64,000 nucleotides of DNA from Eledone cirrhosa (lineage: Eukaryota). Positions 41,326-62,559 of this stretch are shown piece by piece (the first letter of the stretch is position 1; every line of letters starts with the position of its first letter). A program made the translations under genes and the position numbers. The stretch lies in NCBI GenBank assembly GCA_964016885.1, contig OZ024742.1, positions 298,344,001 to 298,408,000 on the forward strand, written 5' to 3'. The notes below the pieces were generated by a model. That model ran no database searches, had not been told where the DNA came from, and saw only the letters and a program-made list of their open reading frames with translations.

Positions 41326-43390
41326 ACGTTTAACGTCCGTGTTCCACGCTTGCATGGGTTTGGACGGGGGTAGTCCCACTTGAGGCAAGAGTGATTGTCT
41401 TGCTTGCATAGGACTGTCTGGCAGGTTTTCTACAGTTGGATGCCCTTCCTAACACCAACCACATTTACAGTGTGGGTCTGGGAGGTTTTTACCGTGTTGC
41501 CTACATGGCCACATTACAGCGTGGACTGTGTGTTTTTTTGTCGTGACACCTACACGATCTCATTTGTTTCGGCCTATGGCGCGGCACCAACATAACTTTA
41601 CATAGAACGGGGTGGTGTGGATGGGGTGGGGGTGGTGGGAGTGGGACGGGGTGTATTTTGTTAGAGATGCCTACTGGTTGGAGTAGGTTTTACTATATAT
41701 TTAGGTAAGGCGGGTCTTCTCTGTTACTGAGTACCGCCAAAGGTCTCGGTCCAGTGACATTGTCTTGGAGAGGTGTAAGTGTGTGATGTCGGAGTTTATC
41801 AGCTCGTCCCAGGTTTTTCTAGGTCTGCCTATTCCGTGACTACCGTCTATCTTTATTGCCCTGCACTTTGTTATACGGCTATCGACTTTCATGCGCATCA
41901 CGTGTCCATACCAACGTAGCCTTCTCTCGAGTAAACAACATCTGATCCCTCTTATCTCTAATTTTTTCCTTAGTTCGTTTATGCTTTGCCGTTCACGTAT
42001 ATTACTGTTACACATCCAGCGGAGCATGCAAGCTTCGTTCCTCTCTAGTCTGCGTATATCCTCTGCACACAATGCCCAGGTCTCACTGCCATGCAGCATT
42101 GCTGTTCGTATGCAGGCATCGTACAACCTGCCTTTCATTTTTAGTGAGAACCCTTTAGCAGCTAATAGTGGTATAAGCTCTCTGAACTTTTTCCAACCAG
42201 TTCTGACTCTAGCTACAGTACTTTCAGAGCACCCTCCCCCACTGCTGATTTTATCGCCCAGGTAACGGAAGCTGTCCACTATTTCTATAGAACCCTCTGC
42301 GCAATTGAAAGAGCTAGTAGCTTGTGGGCACTTGCTGCTACTTATTGCACCAGAGCACCGGCCACATGTAAAATCTATGTTCTTAGTTAGCTTACCTGTG
42401 ATCCCACTACATCTTTTATGCACCCATACTTTGCATTTAGGACATAAAATGGAGTTTCTACCTACGCCTTTCCTACACACCGAGCACGACCATTTCCCAG
42501 AAGGGACCGCCGCCTTGTTTTCTTTCCTACAAACTAGTACTTTGGTCTTAGCCAGGTTAATTTTAAGTCCTTTTGACTCTAGGCCGTGCTTCTATGTTTG
42601 GAATTTCTTCTCTAGCTCGGCCATTGATTCCGCTATGAGTGTCAGGTCGTCTGCGTATAGGAGTTCCCATGGGCAGCCTGTCTTGAACTCCTCTGTTATA
42701 GCCTGAAGGGCAATAATAAATAGTAGTGGGCTGAGAACAGAGCCCTGATGGACGCCAACTTTTACGCTAAACTCTTCACTATATTCGTTGTTAATTCTAA
42801 CCTTGCTGACTGTTTCTTTATACATGGCTTGTATAGCCCTCACAAGCCATTCGTCAACGCCTAGTTTTCTAAGAGCCCACCAGATAATGGAACGGGGGAC
42901 TCTGTCGAAGGCTTTCTCCAAGTCGACAAAAGCTAAGTAGAGGGGTTTACCTTTAGCTAGGTACTTCTCCTGTAGTTGTCGTACTATGAAAAGAGCGTAT
43001 GTGGTACTTTTGCCTGACACAAACCCGAACTGCATTTCATCTAGGTCAATTCTCTCTCTGATTAGTTGCGCTATTACTTTTTCCGTGACCTTCATGACCT
43101 GGTCGATTAATTTAATGCCTCTATAGTTACTCCTATCTAGGGCGTCTCCTTTACCCTTATAACAGTTAACGATGATGCTGCTATGCCAGTCCTTCGGAAC
43201 AACCCCATTCTGTACGACTTGGTTAACTATGCGGGTGACCATGGTGTGTCCCACCGTGCCAGATGCCTTCAGCATCTCAGCAACTATTTCCGAAGGCCCA
43301 GCCGCCTTACCCGTCTTCATATCCTTGATTGCCTTACTTATTATACTCCCCTCGACTAACACTGCTGGTCCCTCTATTGGGTCGATATGG
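41296..43390 (-). mobile_element. RTE family A, 5'-truncated, RT + PHD-like finger, one in-frame stop
   Basis: ORFs 42592-43491 and 41701-42480; LLYADD intact. Confidence 0.95.
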
Positions 43391-43422
<32 letters not shown>

Positions 43423-43429
43423 TATATAT

Positions 43430-44064
<635 letters not shown>

Positions 44065-44122
44065 CATATATTTATATACAAATGAAATGAAATGAATGAT
44101 ACATATATATATATATATATAT

Positions 44123-47702
<3,580 letters not shown>

Positions 47703-47706
<4 letters not shown>

Positions 47707-47965
47707 CGAAACATAAGTCAATTGCATGAACTCATAATCCTTTATTTACTGCTATATATATTTCGATGATACCCATTGAATGGGTATGACCTCATCAGCC
47801 CTTTCTGAATTGATCTGGAAGCTCAAACTTGAAAAGACCCCGCACTCTCTGGTCTGGTCCGTGGTTAGAAAGGTTCCCCCAGACAGAGGCGGGTCTGGTA
47901 TTTACAACCTCTGTCTTAGTGAGACACTCAAGATTCTTCATGGTGGAACCAAGCTATTAAACAGA
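47703..47965 (+). mobile_element. Short PLE remnant: inverted hammerhead-bearing end (47703-47798) fused to GIY-YIG C-terminal coding fragment
   Basis: ALSELIWKLK..VWSVV..NLCLSETLKI..LLNRR, matching the C-terminal pattern of ORF 50782-51294; RC of 47751-47798: CTGATGA ggtcatacccattcaatgggtatcatc GAAA tatata TA. Confidence 0.75.
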
Positions 47966-48058
47966 AGGGCCGACGGGAACTTTCCTCAAGCTATATGGAT
48001 AAACCCCGGTTACGGCCTCCCGCATATATATGTGTATACTTGTGCATACATGCATGCA

Positions 48059-48093
<35 letters not shown>

Positions 48094-48654
48094 CTGTATG
48101 GATTTGTGTGTGTAGATGTGTGATTGTTTGAGGGGGTAGGTGTGAGTGTATGTACAAGTGAACCAGCATAAACCTTTTATTTCTAAATTTTCTAAACTAT
48201 CTAATTATTGGACTCTAACCATTATATTGAGTATTACCACCCCACCTTTTGTATGTGTGGATGTGTGTGTGTGCCTGTGGGGGTGGGTGTGAGTGTAGTG
48301 CAAGCCAACCTACATAAGCCTTTTTATTTGTAAACTTTCTACTCCAACCATAATTTTCAGTAGCACCATTCCACATAAATTCCTCAATTTAAGAATGACC
48401 TGTAGTATCTATTTCATACTATTAACCTTATTTGAAAATATTTCTGACCAAGAATGCCTTTTGTGAAAATCAGTCATGTGGAACTATTGTCGTCTTGCCT
48501 GACGGTTTGAACCCCACAGAACCACCTGCCTCTTTGAGGTCAAATACCAACCTACTACCATCTACAAACTGACCAATGAGAATCAAGACCATTCCTGCTG
48601 ACAACATCAAAGTATTCCTAACAAGCTCATATGTCCCAAGGCTCTGATACCATC

Positions 48655-49990
<1,336 letters not shown>

Positions 49991-50102
49991 TACATACATA
50001 TATATATATACATATATATATAAATATACATACATATATATATACATATATATATAAATATACATACATATATATATACATATATATATAAATATACATA
50101 CA

Positions 50103-52635
50103 TAATCGTTGGATTATTTATTATTAATGTACTACATAGAAAAATACCAGAGATGACCGGAGGTTTATATTGCGATGATATCTTACTTTTAATCGAAAAC
50201 CATAGCAATAGGAGAAAGAAATCCATCATAGAGTTTTTCAACAACTACAACCTTAAATTAGAAATAGAGAGTAATAATAAAATTGTTAACTTCTCAGACG
50301 TAACTGTAAACCTTAGCTCAGGTCTATATTATCCTTTCCATAAAATTAATGAAAACCTAAATTACGTAAGCTTCAACTCTAACCATCCTAGAAATATAAA
50401 AAATACTATAGTCAATAGTGTCCAGCAATGAATCTCACGCATCTTAGCTAAGAAAAATATTTTTGATAATAAGGCGGAATATTATAATGAGGCGTTACAT
50501 AGAACCGGATACTTGAATAAAATTAAATACTTAGATAACAATAACATGCAGATCATCCTAAAATTCACTATAATAATAATAAACAATTCAACTTAAATAG
50601 TAAATCAAACAAAAAAACTAGAACGAGATATATTATTTGATACTCTCCCCCATTCTCATTAGGGGTTAAAACACCTATAGCAAAACTATTTTTCAAATCA
50701 CTAGATAAGTGTTTTCCTAAATCCCACAGATACCATTCCATTTTTAACAGACATACTAGTAAACTATCTTACTCCACTACTATGAACATAACACAAAATA
50801 TAAATAGAATTAATAATAGAAATTTAAATTTAAACACAAACCAAACAAACCAAGATAACAATAATAATATTTCTAATAATAATATTCATGCTAATAATAA
50901 TAGTACCGTTCCTAGTAACAATAACTCTCGAAAATGTAACTGTAGAATTGAATCAAAATGCCCTTTACAGAACAATTGCCTGGATAAAAACTTAATATAC
51001 AAATGCACAGTAAAAACTAGAGACAAAATATTTAACTATATAGGAGCCACTTCTACAAAATTCAAAGAACGCTGGTATAATCACAAACATACATTTAATA
51101 GATCTGATAAAATATCTTCCACATCACTTTTTCATCTAATTTGGTATTTAAAGGACAATAATATTGACTATTTAATCTCTTGGGGAACGATTTCGAAAGC
51201 ACCAGCATACCGAAATATGTCTCTTTCAAGAATTTGTCATTTGTGTGTCGAAGAAATTATTTATATACTTAACTGCCATAATTCTATAAATTAAAAAAAT
51301 GAGTTATTCAGTTCTTGCAGACATCGCCAAAAATCGACTTTCCGAAGGATTTTTAATCTATACTATTCATTTCACTTGACCACATATATATCTTTACAAT
51401 GCTTCTGGCGATATTTAGTGGGTTTCTTTTTAAATGATTTTTTCCTTTTCTTTCTTAATTTAATATTTTTACCAATAATATTGTTTTTTTAGATTGATAT
51501 ATTCTTTAATTGATATTTTGAATGATATCCTCTTTTTATGGTAGTTTTCTAAATACACTCTTGACATCTCTAATAATATTTTTTCTTCCTTTGAACTTTT
51601 CAAACATGTATCGACGTAGATAGTATCTAAATACATATAATATTGAAATTCTCATCCTTGAAAACATGTAATATAAAATACCTTATAATCTTACACTACA
51701 TAACATTCCGCATTTTCTAAGTAAATCTAACGTTAATAGTTTAACAACTAATATTGGAGTTATCTTTTCCTTTATACTGAAGCAAGCATAGACATCCTTC
51801 TTAACTATAATATACATACTAAATTCTATGTAATTTCGTTAACTTAAAATTTTCAACCTTTCATGAAACTATTTGAATGTACAAATTGTTTTTCCTCTAT
51901 ACGAAAATGTTGAACTACGTCTCTTTCATAACTATATATTTAAAATGTAAACTCAACATCCTTCGTAATATATATTGAAAATGTAAACAAATTAATATGT
52001 GTGTTATATATCTATTAAAAATAACAGAATATATAATCACCAATAATATTTATATTTATATATTTATTTATCTATATAGATATTTATATATTTATAACCT
52101 GTTGTAATATAAGTTAAAACGTACTTACAACCATAATTCCTCATATAATCTAATTATAATGATTATATATATAATATTATAACTCATACTTTAGTTATAT
52201 TTTAAATTTCTTGATTGATATTCTAACACTTCAACAAATTTTTAATTTTTAACGTTTTAATTGGTAAATTCACATACACTCAAATATTAATATAAGCTCC
52301 TCTTTCTTCTTTATATAAACTAATAATTATTTAAATCTACCTAGCGTCTAAAAATAACGATTTTTTTCAGCCCTACGCTTCAACATCATTTGCATATTCA
52401 TCAAAATAATTTGAAATATTTCTTCTTTTTCCTTTCTTCCTCTTTTTCTGTTTTTTTCCTCTATCTTATGACTTTCCAAACAGAATCTGAACTGTTAATA
52501 TCTGATTCCTGGGTATGTCACTATTTATAAAACAAAATTTGTATTTTATCTGATGAGCACGTACCAAAGGTTTGGTACCCTTGAAATATATATAATAGAA
52601 TAAATATGGTTTTATAAATATAGTTTCCATTTATT
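50103..52635 (+). mobile_element. Penelope-like element, 5'-truncated and degenerate, with ~1.3-kb AT-rich 3' region
   Basis: GLYCDD, VNFSDV, SNHP; CNCR..CPL..CL..LIYKC..YIGAT..FKERWYNH..IWYLK..CHLCVEE. Confidence 0.88.
52542..52602 (+). ncRNA. Type I hammerhead ribozyme at the PLE 3' end
   Basis: tattttat CTGATGA gcac gtaccaa-aggt-ttggtac cctt GAAA tatata TA atagaata; 8-bp stem I with one GU. Confidence 0.78.
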
Positions 52636-52657
52636 AATATCATTGATATATATACAT

Positions 52658-53716
<1,059 letters not shown>

Positions 53717-53899
53717 ACATACATATATACACACACACATACATATATACATACATACATACATATATATATATATGAACATAATGAAAAAGAGCTTGCT
53801 TATTGAGAAACACAAATTCTACCATATTTTATATGTTAGGATTCACTTTTTGTGTATATATATATATATATATATACACCCCACACACTCTACACCGTC

Positions 53900-54167
53900 C
53901 TCCCTTTCCCATTCCGTCTACTGTGTCAATGACACAACAGTCCACACTGTAAGGTGGTCATGTAGGAGACACAGTAAAAAAGGCTCCCAGTCCACACTGT
54001 AAATGTGGTTGGTGTTAGGAAGGGCATCCAGCTGTAAAAAAACCTGCCAGGGACACTTCCGTAGAAGCGAGACATGGTCTCCCAACCATTCCCGCATCAA
54101 ATGGAACAAAGCCGTCTAACCCATGCTAGCGTGGAAGATGGACGTTAAACGATGATGATGATGATGA
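53900..54167 (+). mobile_element. RTE 3'-UTR-only insertion
   Basis: UTR repeat units + TTAGGAAGGGCATCC + acccatgctagcgtggaag + (ATG)n. Confidence 0.75.
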
Positions 54168-54688
54168 TATATATATATACACACATACTTTACTTATCTT
54201 GTCTCTTCCACGCCTGCATTTTATGCTTCATCTCTATTAGTGTAGAACAGTTGCTTTTAAGTCCGAGTAGATAGTGGTGTGAAAATCCTTACTGCAAGAT
54301 GCAGTGACCTCACCTCGAACTATGAACTCTTTCTGATGAAGTGAAGTATTTTATGTAATGCTTGCGATTGAGCATAATAATATGCAATCAGCACTCGTAG
54401 ACTCTTGTTGTACTGAAATATATGTTAAAGAACAGACTCTACTTAAACTTGTCTCCCCTACTTCATGCCTAGTCGTTTGTTTTTCCTAGTACTATACCTT
54501 TAAATATTATAATTATTTCTTCTGCCTCCACTTGGATACTGAACAATGAATCATCATAATTGAGTGCTGCCATCATCCCTCCTGCAAAGACCATGTCGAG
54601 AAAAATACTTTGGTAAGCAATCTTCCTTGTTTACTTTGTTTGCACACTGATTCACACAAACAAATTTTAACCATACATATCTTCGTAT

Positions 54689-54759
<71 letters not shown>

Positions 54760-54761
54760 AG

Positions 54762-54844
<83 letters not shown>

Positions 54845-54936
54845 AGAAAATACAATAAGCAAAACTAATGCAGCAGAACAATACAATGATTGTGTATTAG
54901 TTTATTACTTGATATAGTTAGAAAAGTGTCAAAATG

Positions 54937-54972
54937 TCTTAACATTTCAGATGTTAGTCCTTCATCAAAAGA
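54937..54972 (-). ncRNA. Decayed hammerhead (C3>U), same family as 19591-19626, next to (GA)n
   Basis: RC: tctt TTGATGA a ggactaacatct GAAA tg TT aaga; flanking sequence also similar to 19510-19590. Confidence 0.55.
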
Positions 54973-55959
54973 TAAATAGATAGAGAGAGGGTGAGAGAGA
55001 GATGCAGGTATAAAACACCATTGGTAGAAAACGTTTTAGAATATTTGCCACCTTCCCACCTCCTTTTATTTTATATTATATGTGTGTTCAATGAATTCTG
55101 AATAAAAGTTTTCAGAACATTTAAGACAGAGGGACAAAAAGGCTGGACTTTTATTATCATATAGATTATTAAGGTGGGTTACTTGTGCAGAAAGAAAACT
55201 CAGATAGAATATAATTTTCAGCTTGGCTTCTATTGTTAGTTAGAAACACTTCACTATCTGCTAATGTTCTTGAGAAAGGCACAACAGTGACAATCTCAGA
55301 TTTTTTTCTTTTCCCAAATGTTAATGTCTTAAGTATAATTTAAGATGATATAATTATTATTGATATTATAAAAGCAGAGGAGTTTTTACAGATAACAGAG
55401 AAATGAAATGATTTAAGTTTTCTTATGTTACCTTATATTTCTTTATTCAAATCTTAAGTTTAGCCATCATCCTTTTCATTAAAATCAATACAGTCAATAA
55501 AACCACATAGCTGGAAGAAATATGAAGATTGATTTTGCAAATGTCAGCTTTTGTATCAAAGTGTTGAGTGTTTGCATTTCCTCTTGTCACTGTAGATAGT
55601 AATAAAAAAGGCAAAGATAGATGGATCTCCATCGGTTTTGACAATGAATCTTTGGTCAACAGAACAGTCTACTCAATAAATTAAGGTGCTAATCGCAGAG
55701 TATTCTACAGGCAAGACATGCACATCCTTACTTCTTGATACCATACTACATTAAAATGCCCTTGATTCTATGATACAATTTGTTTTGGTTAAGTGTTTAT
55801 ATTTATCTAAAAGTTATTTATATTACTAAATGCCCTCACAATTTAAATTATTTTTTAAATCATTTCAGAATCATAAGTAGTGCCTTTCATTAGAAGTATG
55901 GTTAAAAGGGTTAATGCACTTCTCTGGGAGAATCAGTGTGACAAGGCTGACCCTTTGAA

Positions 55960-57095
55960 ATACAGCTACAGTAAAGTGAGAGTTGGCAATGAGTTTACTG
56001 AAGAATTCAATGTGCAGGTAGGTGTTCATCAGAGCTCAGTCAAGAGCCTTTTCTTTATAATAGTTCTCAGGTCATAACAAAAGAGTTTAAACCTGGCTGT
56101 CTATGAGAACCTCTGTATGCTGATCAGGTTCTTATAGCCGAATCTGTGGAAAGGACAGACAATAAGTTCTGGCTTTGGAAACAGAAGTTCAAATCAAAAG
56201 TGCTTAGAGTAAACTTATGAAAACCTAAAGTTTTAGTATGTAGAGAACCCTGATACCATCAGGAAGTGACTTTGCTGAATATGTAGTAAAGGGACAGGTA
56301 AAAACAGTATATAATGTACACAATATAAATCATGGGAACACAAGAATTGTTGTGAGATAGTAAATAGAGTTACAAAAAAAATAGACTTTGTAGGTAGCAG
56401 ATGCACAGGGATAGTTGGTAGTAAGAGAATCAGTGAAATACACTTTTTACCAATCTTTTTACCAATCTCAGGAAGGATCCACAGGTGTGACTAATAGCTT
56501 TTGATTCCTAGAAGATGCCATTATCATTTGATGCGTTCCTAACAACCACAATATACTATACTCTGATAGCACAATAGCTAGAATAAGAACAGGATGGAAA
56601 AAAGTTCAGGGAGCTACTATATTGATTGACAACAAAAGGTTTCTCTATGAAAGGCCAGTTGTATGACTTCTATGTGACATGTGCAATATTGTATGAAGTG
56701 AGACATGGGTAGTGAATGTAGAACATATGCACAAGATAGAGAGAAATAAAGCAAACATTCTCTGATGGATGCGCAATATTAATATACATGAATGACAAAG
56801 CATGGACGAGCTGAGAGAAACACTGGGAATAAGAGAAAGCAGGTGCAGTGTGAAGGAGAGAAAACTGCATCGGTAATGCATATGGATTATGATTGTTGGG
56901 TGAACAAGTGCCAAAATTCTTCAGAAGCTGAAGTAAAGGATGACCAAGGAAGAAAACCTGAGAAAATATGAAAGCTGATTGCAAATTGCTGAAGCTCACA
57001 GAGGAGATGATTGTAGTGAGTGAAGGAAAGCTGTGCTGGAAAAGACCTATCCAACCCATGCAAGCACAGAAAAGCAGATGAAAGATGACGATGAT
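55960..57095 (+). mobile_element. Old, degenerate RTE LINE 3' half
   Basis: SKVRVGNEFTEEFNVQVGVHQ; [14 protein letters not shown]; 3' tail acccatgcaagc..(ATG)n. Confidence 0.85.
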
Positions 57096-60000
57096 GAAAG
57101 AATGTGCATGTCATGTACATACACATTCACAAGACAGGTGAATTCTACTTGATTTTAAATAGCAAGTCTCCTACTCTAAACCTCCTTTAACAATCGATTC
57201 ATGTACGAAAAAGATTTGGTATCTTTATTATCCTAATTTCAATGTATTAATGAAGGACTCCTATAGCCATATCATCCACATCATTTCTATATTCTTCACA
57301 CTATAGCTAAAAGGGAAATTCTATTTGCTTCATTACATAAATGTGTCCGTTGAATAAAAGATATTAGTATGCATGTTGCATAAGGATAATGGCAATGATG
57401 ATGAAGATAATAATGGTAATGACGATAGTGATTATGACAATGATTATAATAGTGATGATGATTATGATGAAAATGACAAGAACGATGATGGCAGTGGTGG
57501 TATTGATAATAGCAATGATGACAATGACATTGATGACTTTGTAGAGTGAGCATGTTGTCATGTGTGATATACTCTTCAATATTTGACCAGGTTTATTCAA
57601 ACTCTTACGACCATACATTGTTTAGTCATTCTTTACTTTGTACATAATTTCTTTGTGCCTTCCAAACATAAGCATATTTTGAAGCATTTCTGATAGTTGC
57701 ATATAAAGTACAGAGCTAATAATTATTCTTCTCTTACATTCTTTTTTTTTTATCTACAGAGGGAGAGGACTATGTAGTTTCCTTGTCTCAGTTATTTCTG
57801 CTTGAACTAATGTAGGGAATTGAGATAATTAATTACCTGTGTCAGAAACCACACTCCAAATGTAGTGTGGTAAACGATGCTGGTGCTCTTTCTTCTGTAA
57901 TGCTATATATCATAGGTAATTACAGTAGAGATGGGTTTGGTGGTCTTGGTTCATATATAACACTCTAAAACTCCTTTTTTTTCAATGCATTTCCTTCACA
58001 TTTCTCAGGTTGAATAAATTCACGATTCTGACTACTGGGTCCATGGAGCAACAGCTAACTGATTGATGCTTTAAAAATGACACAAGAAAATATAATCATC
58101 ATCATTTTCATGTCCACTTTCCATGCTGGCATAGGTCGTATGAATTGTCATGTTCAGAAACTAGGCAAGTCAGAGATCTATGGCTTACTCATGCATCCCA
58201 TATTTTGTCATGGTTTCTATGGCTGGGAGCCTTTCCTAATGTCAACCACTTTGCAAAGTGTCCAAATTTATAGAATAGGAATAATCAGCTTTGGAAGGTT
58301 CTGCAGGAGTATGAGATTGATGGACAACTAGCTTCATATGAGGTTGCATCCTATAGGGTTCTTGAATATTTCAATGATAGAGGCCCTTGTCCAATAATGT
58401 CACTTTTTGTGTTTTAATGATAGAGTCTTCTGTTCTGTCATATCAGTCTGATCTCAAAACTGTGACAATATTTCTAGTACAGGTGCCATGGTCAAACACA
58501 CCTGGTACACTCTACTTTGTGTATGGTGTTAGGGAGGGCCTGCAGCTATAGAAGATATGCCAAAATAGAATATGTGAGCAATGGACATACAGAATCTCTG
58601 ATTAAGTAATGACCCAGGCTGTAATGAGCCATTCTAATACATGAAAATATGGGAAAATCGATGTCTTGATGATCATCATCATTTTACTATTAATAAATTA
58701 TTCAAACTACTGTCTTTATGGTATGAAGTTAACTTAAGGTAGATACAACTATGTTTTTGAATTAGAAGCCTTAGATCTGTAAAGAATAACCTGTGATGTG
58801 TAAACAATTTCAACTATTTTTAATCTCATGTTCTTTCTGTGTACTGAGTAGTAGTTGATATCTACCTTATGTTTACCCTAAACCTTCAAATATATACTAT
58901 GTTCTCACATAAATATATATTGTTTACTAATTAATCTTTTTATATTGTAATAAATAAATCCCCTTGAACTCACATCACATTCAGTATTTTTAGCAAAGTT
59001 TAACCCAATAACATTGACATGTCTAAGACAAACTGTATGAAATAGCTTTAGTCAAGCTGAGATTATTTCTAAATAGGCTCTATTGATAGCTTAAACTTAA
59101 TTTAACTACTGATAAAAGCTGACTTACTTAAGAGCTTTTCTTCATTTTAGTATGAAGCTTATTGCCTTATAATCCATCAATGAACAAGAGTTTTACCAAA
59201 ATAAAGATTTAAAAAAATATTAAGAATAACTATGTTTGGAAGTTACATCAGCACAATATAACATCTTTATTTCCATGTTTGCATGAGTTATATATATATA
59301 TACACACACACATACACACACACATGCACACATATATATATACATACACACATACACACATATATACACACATACATTTATACACACACATTATATATAT
59401 ATATATATTCATATCTATATTGGCTGGAGAATGATAATTTATCTATAATCTGATTAAATATGCTCACTATTATAATCTTGCTTTAAGATTATATCTAATG
59501 CACACAAGAGAAATTAATGATTTCTTAGAATGAAAATTCTCCCTTTCCATTTAGAACGACAATGCTACCAGGAGAATAATGGCATAGTATTCATTTTGGT
59601 TAGCAATTAAAGTAAATTTGGATGAAAGAATATAACAATAAAGTTTTATCAAATTCTATAGAATATACCATGAATAGTGGTCAGAAACAAAGACTTGCTA
59701 ATTAATTCAATCTTAAGATCCAGAGCAGTGGTTCAAGCACGGAGTAATGCCATTAATCGATTTGTAAATATAATTTTAAGAGAAAAAGGAAATAACAGTC
59801 TCTTTGAAATTATATAAATTAACCAAAAATAGAAAAAAAAATTCATAATTAAATTAAATATCAAATTAAATAAAATTAGCTGTGTAATGTTTCTTATTTA
59901 ATGGAACCATCACAAAACAGGTTTTGTTAAAAATTTTTTTTTTGACCCACCCAAAAATTTGAACAAACTACCACATCTTAAATTTAGTTGATATGTTTAA

Positions 60001-60299
60001 AATGTTTTTTAATTTTGTTGTTGAAATGTGGGGCAATTGAATTACATCAATAAATGTAATTTTCATTAATAATCATTATTTATAAATTAAACGAAAAAAA
60101 TTGAGAAATTCAAATATTAAAACAAATAAATATTTAAAAATATGATGTAAAAATAATTCTAGTTTACTTAAAATGAAATTGTATTAATAGTCAATTCAAG
60201 CTGTACGAAAATTGCTGTTAGTAAAAGTAGCTTAAATATTATTATTAGTCTTAATTTTATTGCGTGCTATTATTGCATTACCGAGCAGAGCTCTGTATA

Positions 60300-60870
60300 C
60301 CTTGAATATGTGCTGTGTTGTTTTTTGTGTTATTTCTATTATAATAAAAGTACTCTTCTTAATATGTATGCAGTGTGTAGGAGTGGTATTTTCTCTATTC
60401 TTCATATATTTGTAAGTCCTGGGGTTTTGATTATATATCTGTTTTTTGTTTGTTTGTTTTTTATTTCAAGAACACCTAATATTATAGGGGTTGTTTCTCT
60501 TTTCATCCCCACATTTAGGTTATTCTTATTTCATCTGCCACATTCAGGTTATTTCTGTTTCCAGATCTTTATATTTAGATAATTTCTTCATTTCCTTGAT
60601 GGATATATTGTTGACCATGGGGATAGATACATCAAACAGAAGATATTTCTTTATTTGTGGTCTTTGACTATAATATCCGATTGTTTGGCTTTGATCTCAA
60701 TGTCTGTGTGTATTGGCATATTCCAGAGCATATTTGCTTTATCATTTTCTGACATCTTTTCTAGTATATTTTTGTACCACCATTTTTCTGTTGATATTCT
60801 GTAGTGTTAACATAACTTTGAGTGTATGCAAGCCCAACTCTATCAATGTTTCTGGATATATTCTTTTTTG
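60300..60870 (-). mobile_element. Degenerate R4/Dong-like non-LTR element, restriction-like endonuclease fragment
   Basis: Manual RC translation WNMPIHTDIEIKAKQSDIIVKD / LLFDVSIPMVNNISIKEMKKLSKYKDLETEI*MW / TPIILGVL, fitting the PD..D..E..K..KY pattern. Confidence 0.7.
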
Positions 60871-61001
60871 GCTAAGATTGGGCAGCCAGAATGTAGAATT
60901 AACTTTCCCCTTCTCACAGGTGACTGAGCTTGTGCCTAAATTAGAAGCCATTATTATCATTCCTTCAATTTTTCATTCAATAATGGTCATTATGTAATTA
61001 T

Positions 61002-61190
61002 AGGGCGCTGGATTGGCAGTATCAGTGGAGGGTTGGACGCCATGCTTTCCAGCATAGTTACGTCCCTTTACAATCTGAGTTCAAATCCCGCCGAGGTTGA
61101 CTTTGCCTTTCATCCTTACGGGGTCGATAAAATAAAGTACCAGTAATGCACTGGGTAATTGCTGGCCTTGTGCCTAAAGTAGAAACAATT
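61002..61190 (+). mobile_element. SINE family 2 copy
   Basis: Reverse complement similarity to 13223-13415; flanked by attatgtaattatag on both sides (possible TSD). Confidence 0.82.
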
Positions 61191-61347
61191 ATGTAATTAT
61201 AGACAAGGGTTGGTGAACTCTTTTGATAATGTGTGTCCTCATTGTAATAACCTAAAAATGTCCTGCTTGCACATCCATGGGATTTTCTTAACAGCAGATT
61301 ATCATTTTTAAGATATTTGTATTTTATATATTACTTTAAAACTATTC

Positions 61348-61609
61348 TTAACCCTTGTGATACTAACTCCCCTAAAACTGTTCCTGGTTTTATGATACAA
61401 GACTTGTTATTTTAAAGAATTTTTATTTATCTAAAAAATCCATCATAATTTTATGTAAGAAGTTTTGTTGAACTATGTTCGAAACACCAGCTTAATAACG
61501 AGAAAGTTATTTGGCTAAATCTTTCCAAATTCTTATTTTCAAATTGACAAATTGACTTGAAAATCATTAGCAGTGTCTTTCATTAGAAATATGGAAACAA
61601 AAGTGTTAA
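61348..61609. mobile_element. Degenerate piggyBac-like MITE
   Basis: TTAAcccttgtgatac ... ggaaacaaaagtgTTAA; related ends near 21525 and 55915. Confidence 0.45.
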
Positions 61610-62559
61610 GGAAGTCTATTTAGAGTTGTTCATGATAATGTTAATGATAGACAATAGCAGTAAACCTAGAGATCAAAGTAATGCATATATTGCCAACTTC
61701 TAAAAATAAAATCACCAATAAAAGATATATCACCAATGTGTCCATAAAATGTGCTACTTCCATCACATGCACCATGATTCTCCAGCATGGTTATAGACAC
61801 TAATAAGTCATTGTAGGTTTGTAAAACAGTTCTTGATGGAGTATAGGTATTTGTTTATAATTTGAGATTACTAATGACAGATTGAAATGGATTCAAACAT
61901 CTTGAGAATGTTTTCAAAGTTTAAAGAATATGGGTAAAATGAACCTCTATGTTGTAATATTATAGATAAGGAAGACCTCCCGCTGCAGATGTGGAAATGA
62001 TAAGTCTGAGGCAAATGTAAATGAATTTGTGTAGTAAGCTATATATTTAGAAAATGTGTTATCAATGTTATGATCACATAAACTTAAATAGCCCCTACAA
62101 CAAGCGTTTTAAGGTCATTTTCTCAGCTAAAGCAAGTGTTATCCTTGAAGGCCTCATGATAGGCTTTGTACTCATTATGGGGACCTTCTGGGGTAATGTT
62201 CTACAGCTGAATGTCCTTCCTATCACCAACCACTTTAGTTACCTCTTAGGGTGTGCAGGGACACATTGTACCTCTTCTAAACCAGATACACACAGAAACT
62301 TTTCTCAGCCAAACACTGACAGCCCTTAATAAAATTTAATTGCAGAGTTCAGAAAAGATCTCCAACATTAAAATAATCCTATATCGACTCTTTCGAAGGC
62401 CTCTGAAAGATGTTTTGCAAGGGAACTGAGAAGGTTTCTGTTGAGTAAGTGTGGCATCAGATATTCATAAGCCTCCAGTATATTGGCTGATGTAATGGCT
62501 CTGGCAGTCATAGTAGATGTAAAAAATCGAAATCATACAAAATTGCAAACATTGATCTA

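Noticed and set aside
54325-54350. CTGATGA core (also CTGAGGA at 13173 and 14952)
   Set aside because: No matching stem II/GAAA or stem I pairing.
57190-58070. Possible decayed host exons on the minus strand (e.g. 57837-57894 bounded by AG/GT)
   Set aside because: Stop frequency is compatible with random AT-rich DNA and no recognisable domain; needs tBLASTx or RNA-seq.
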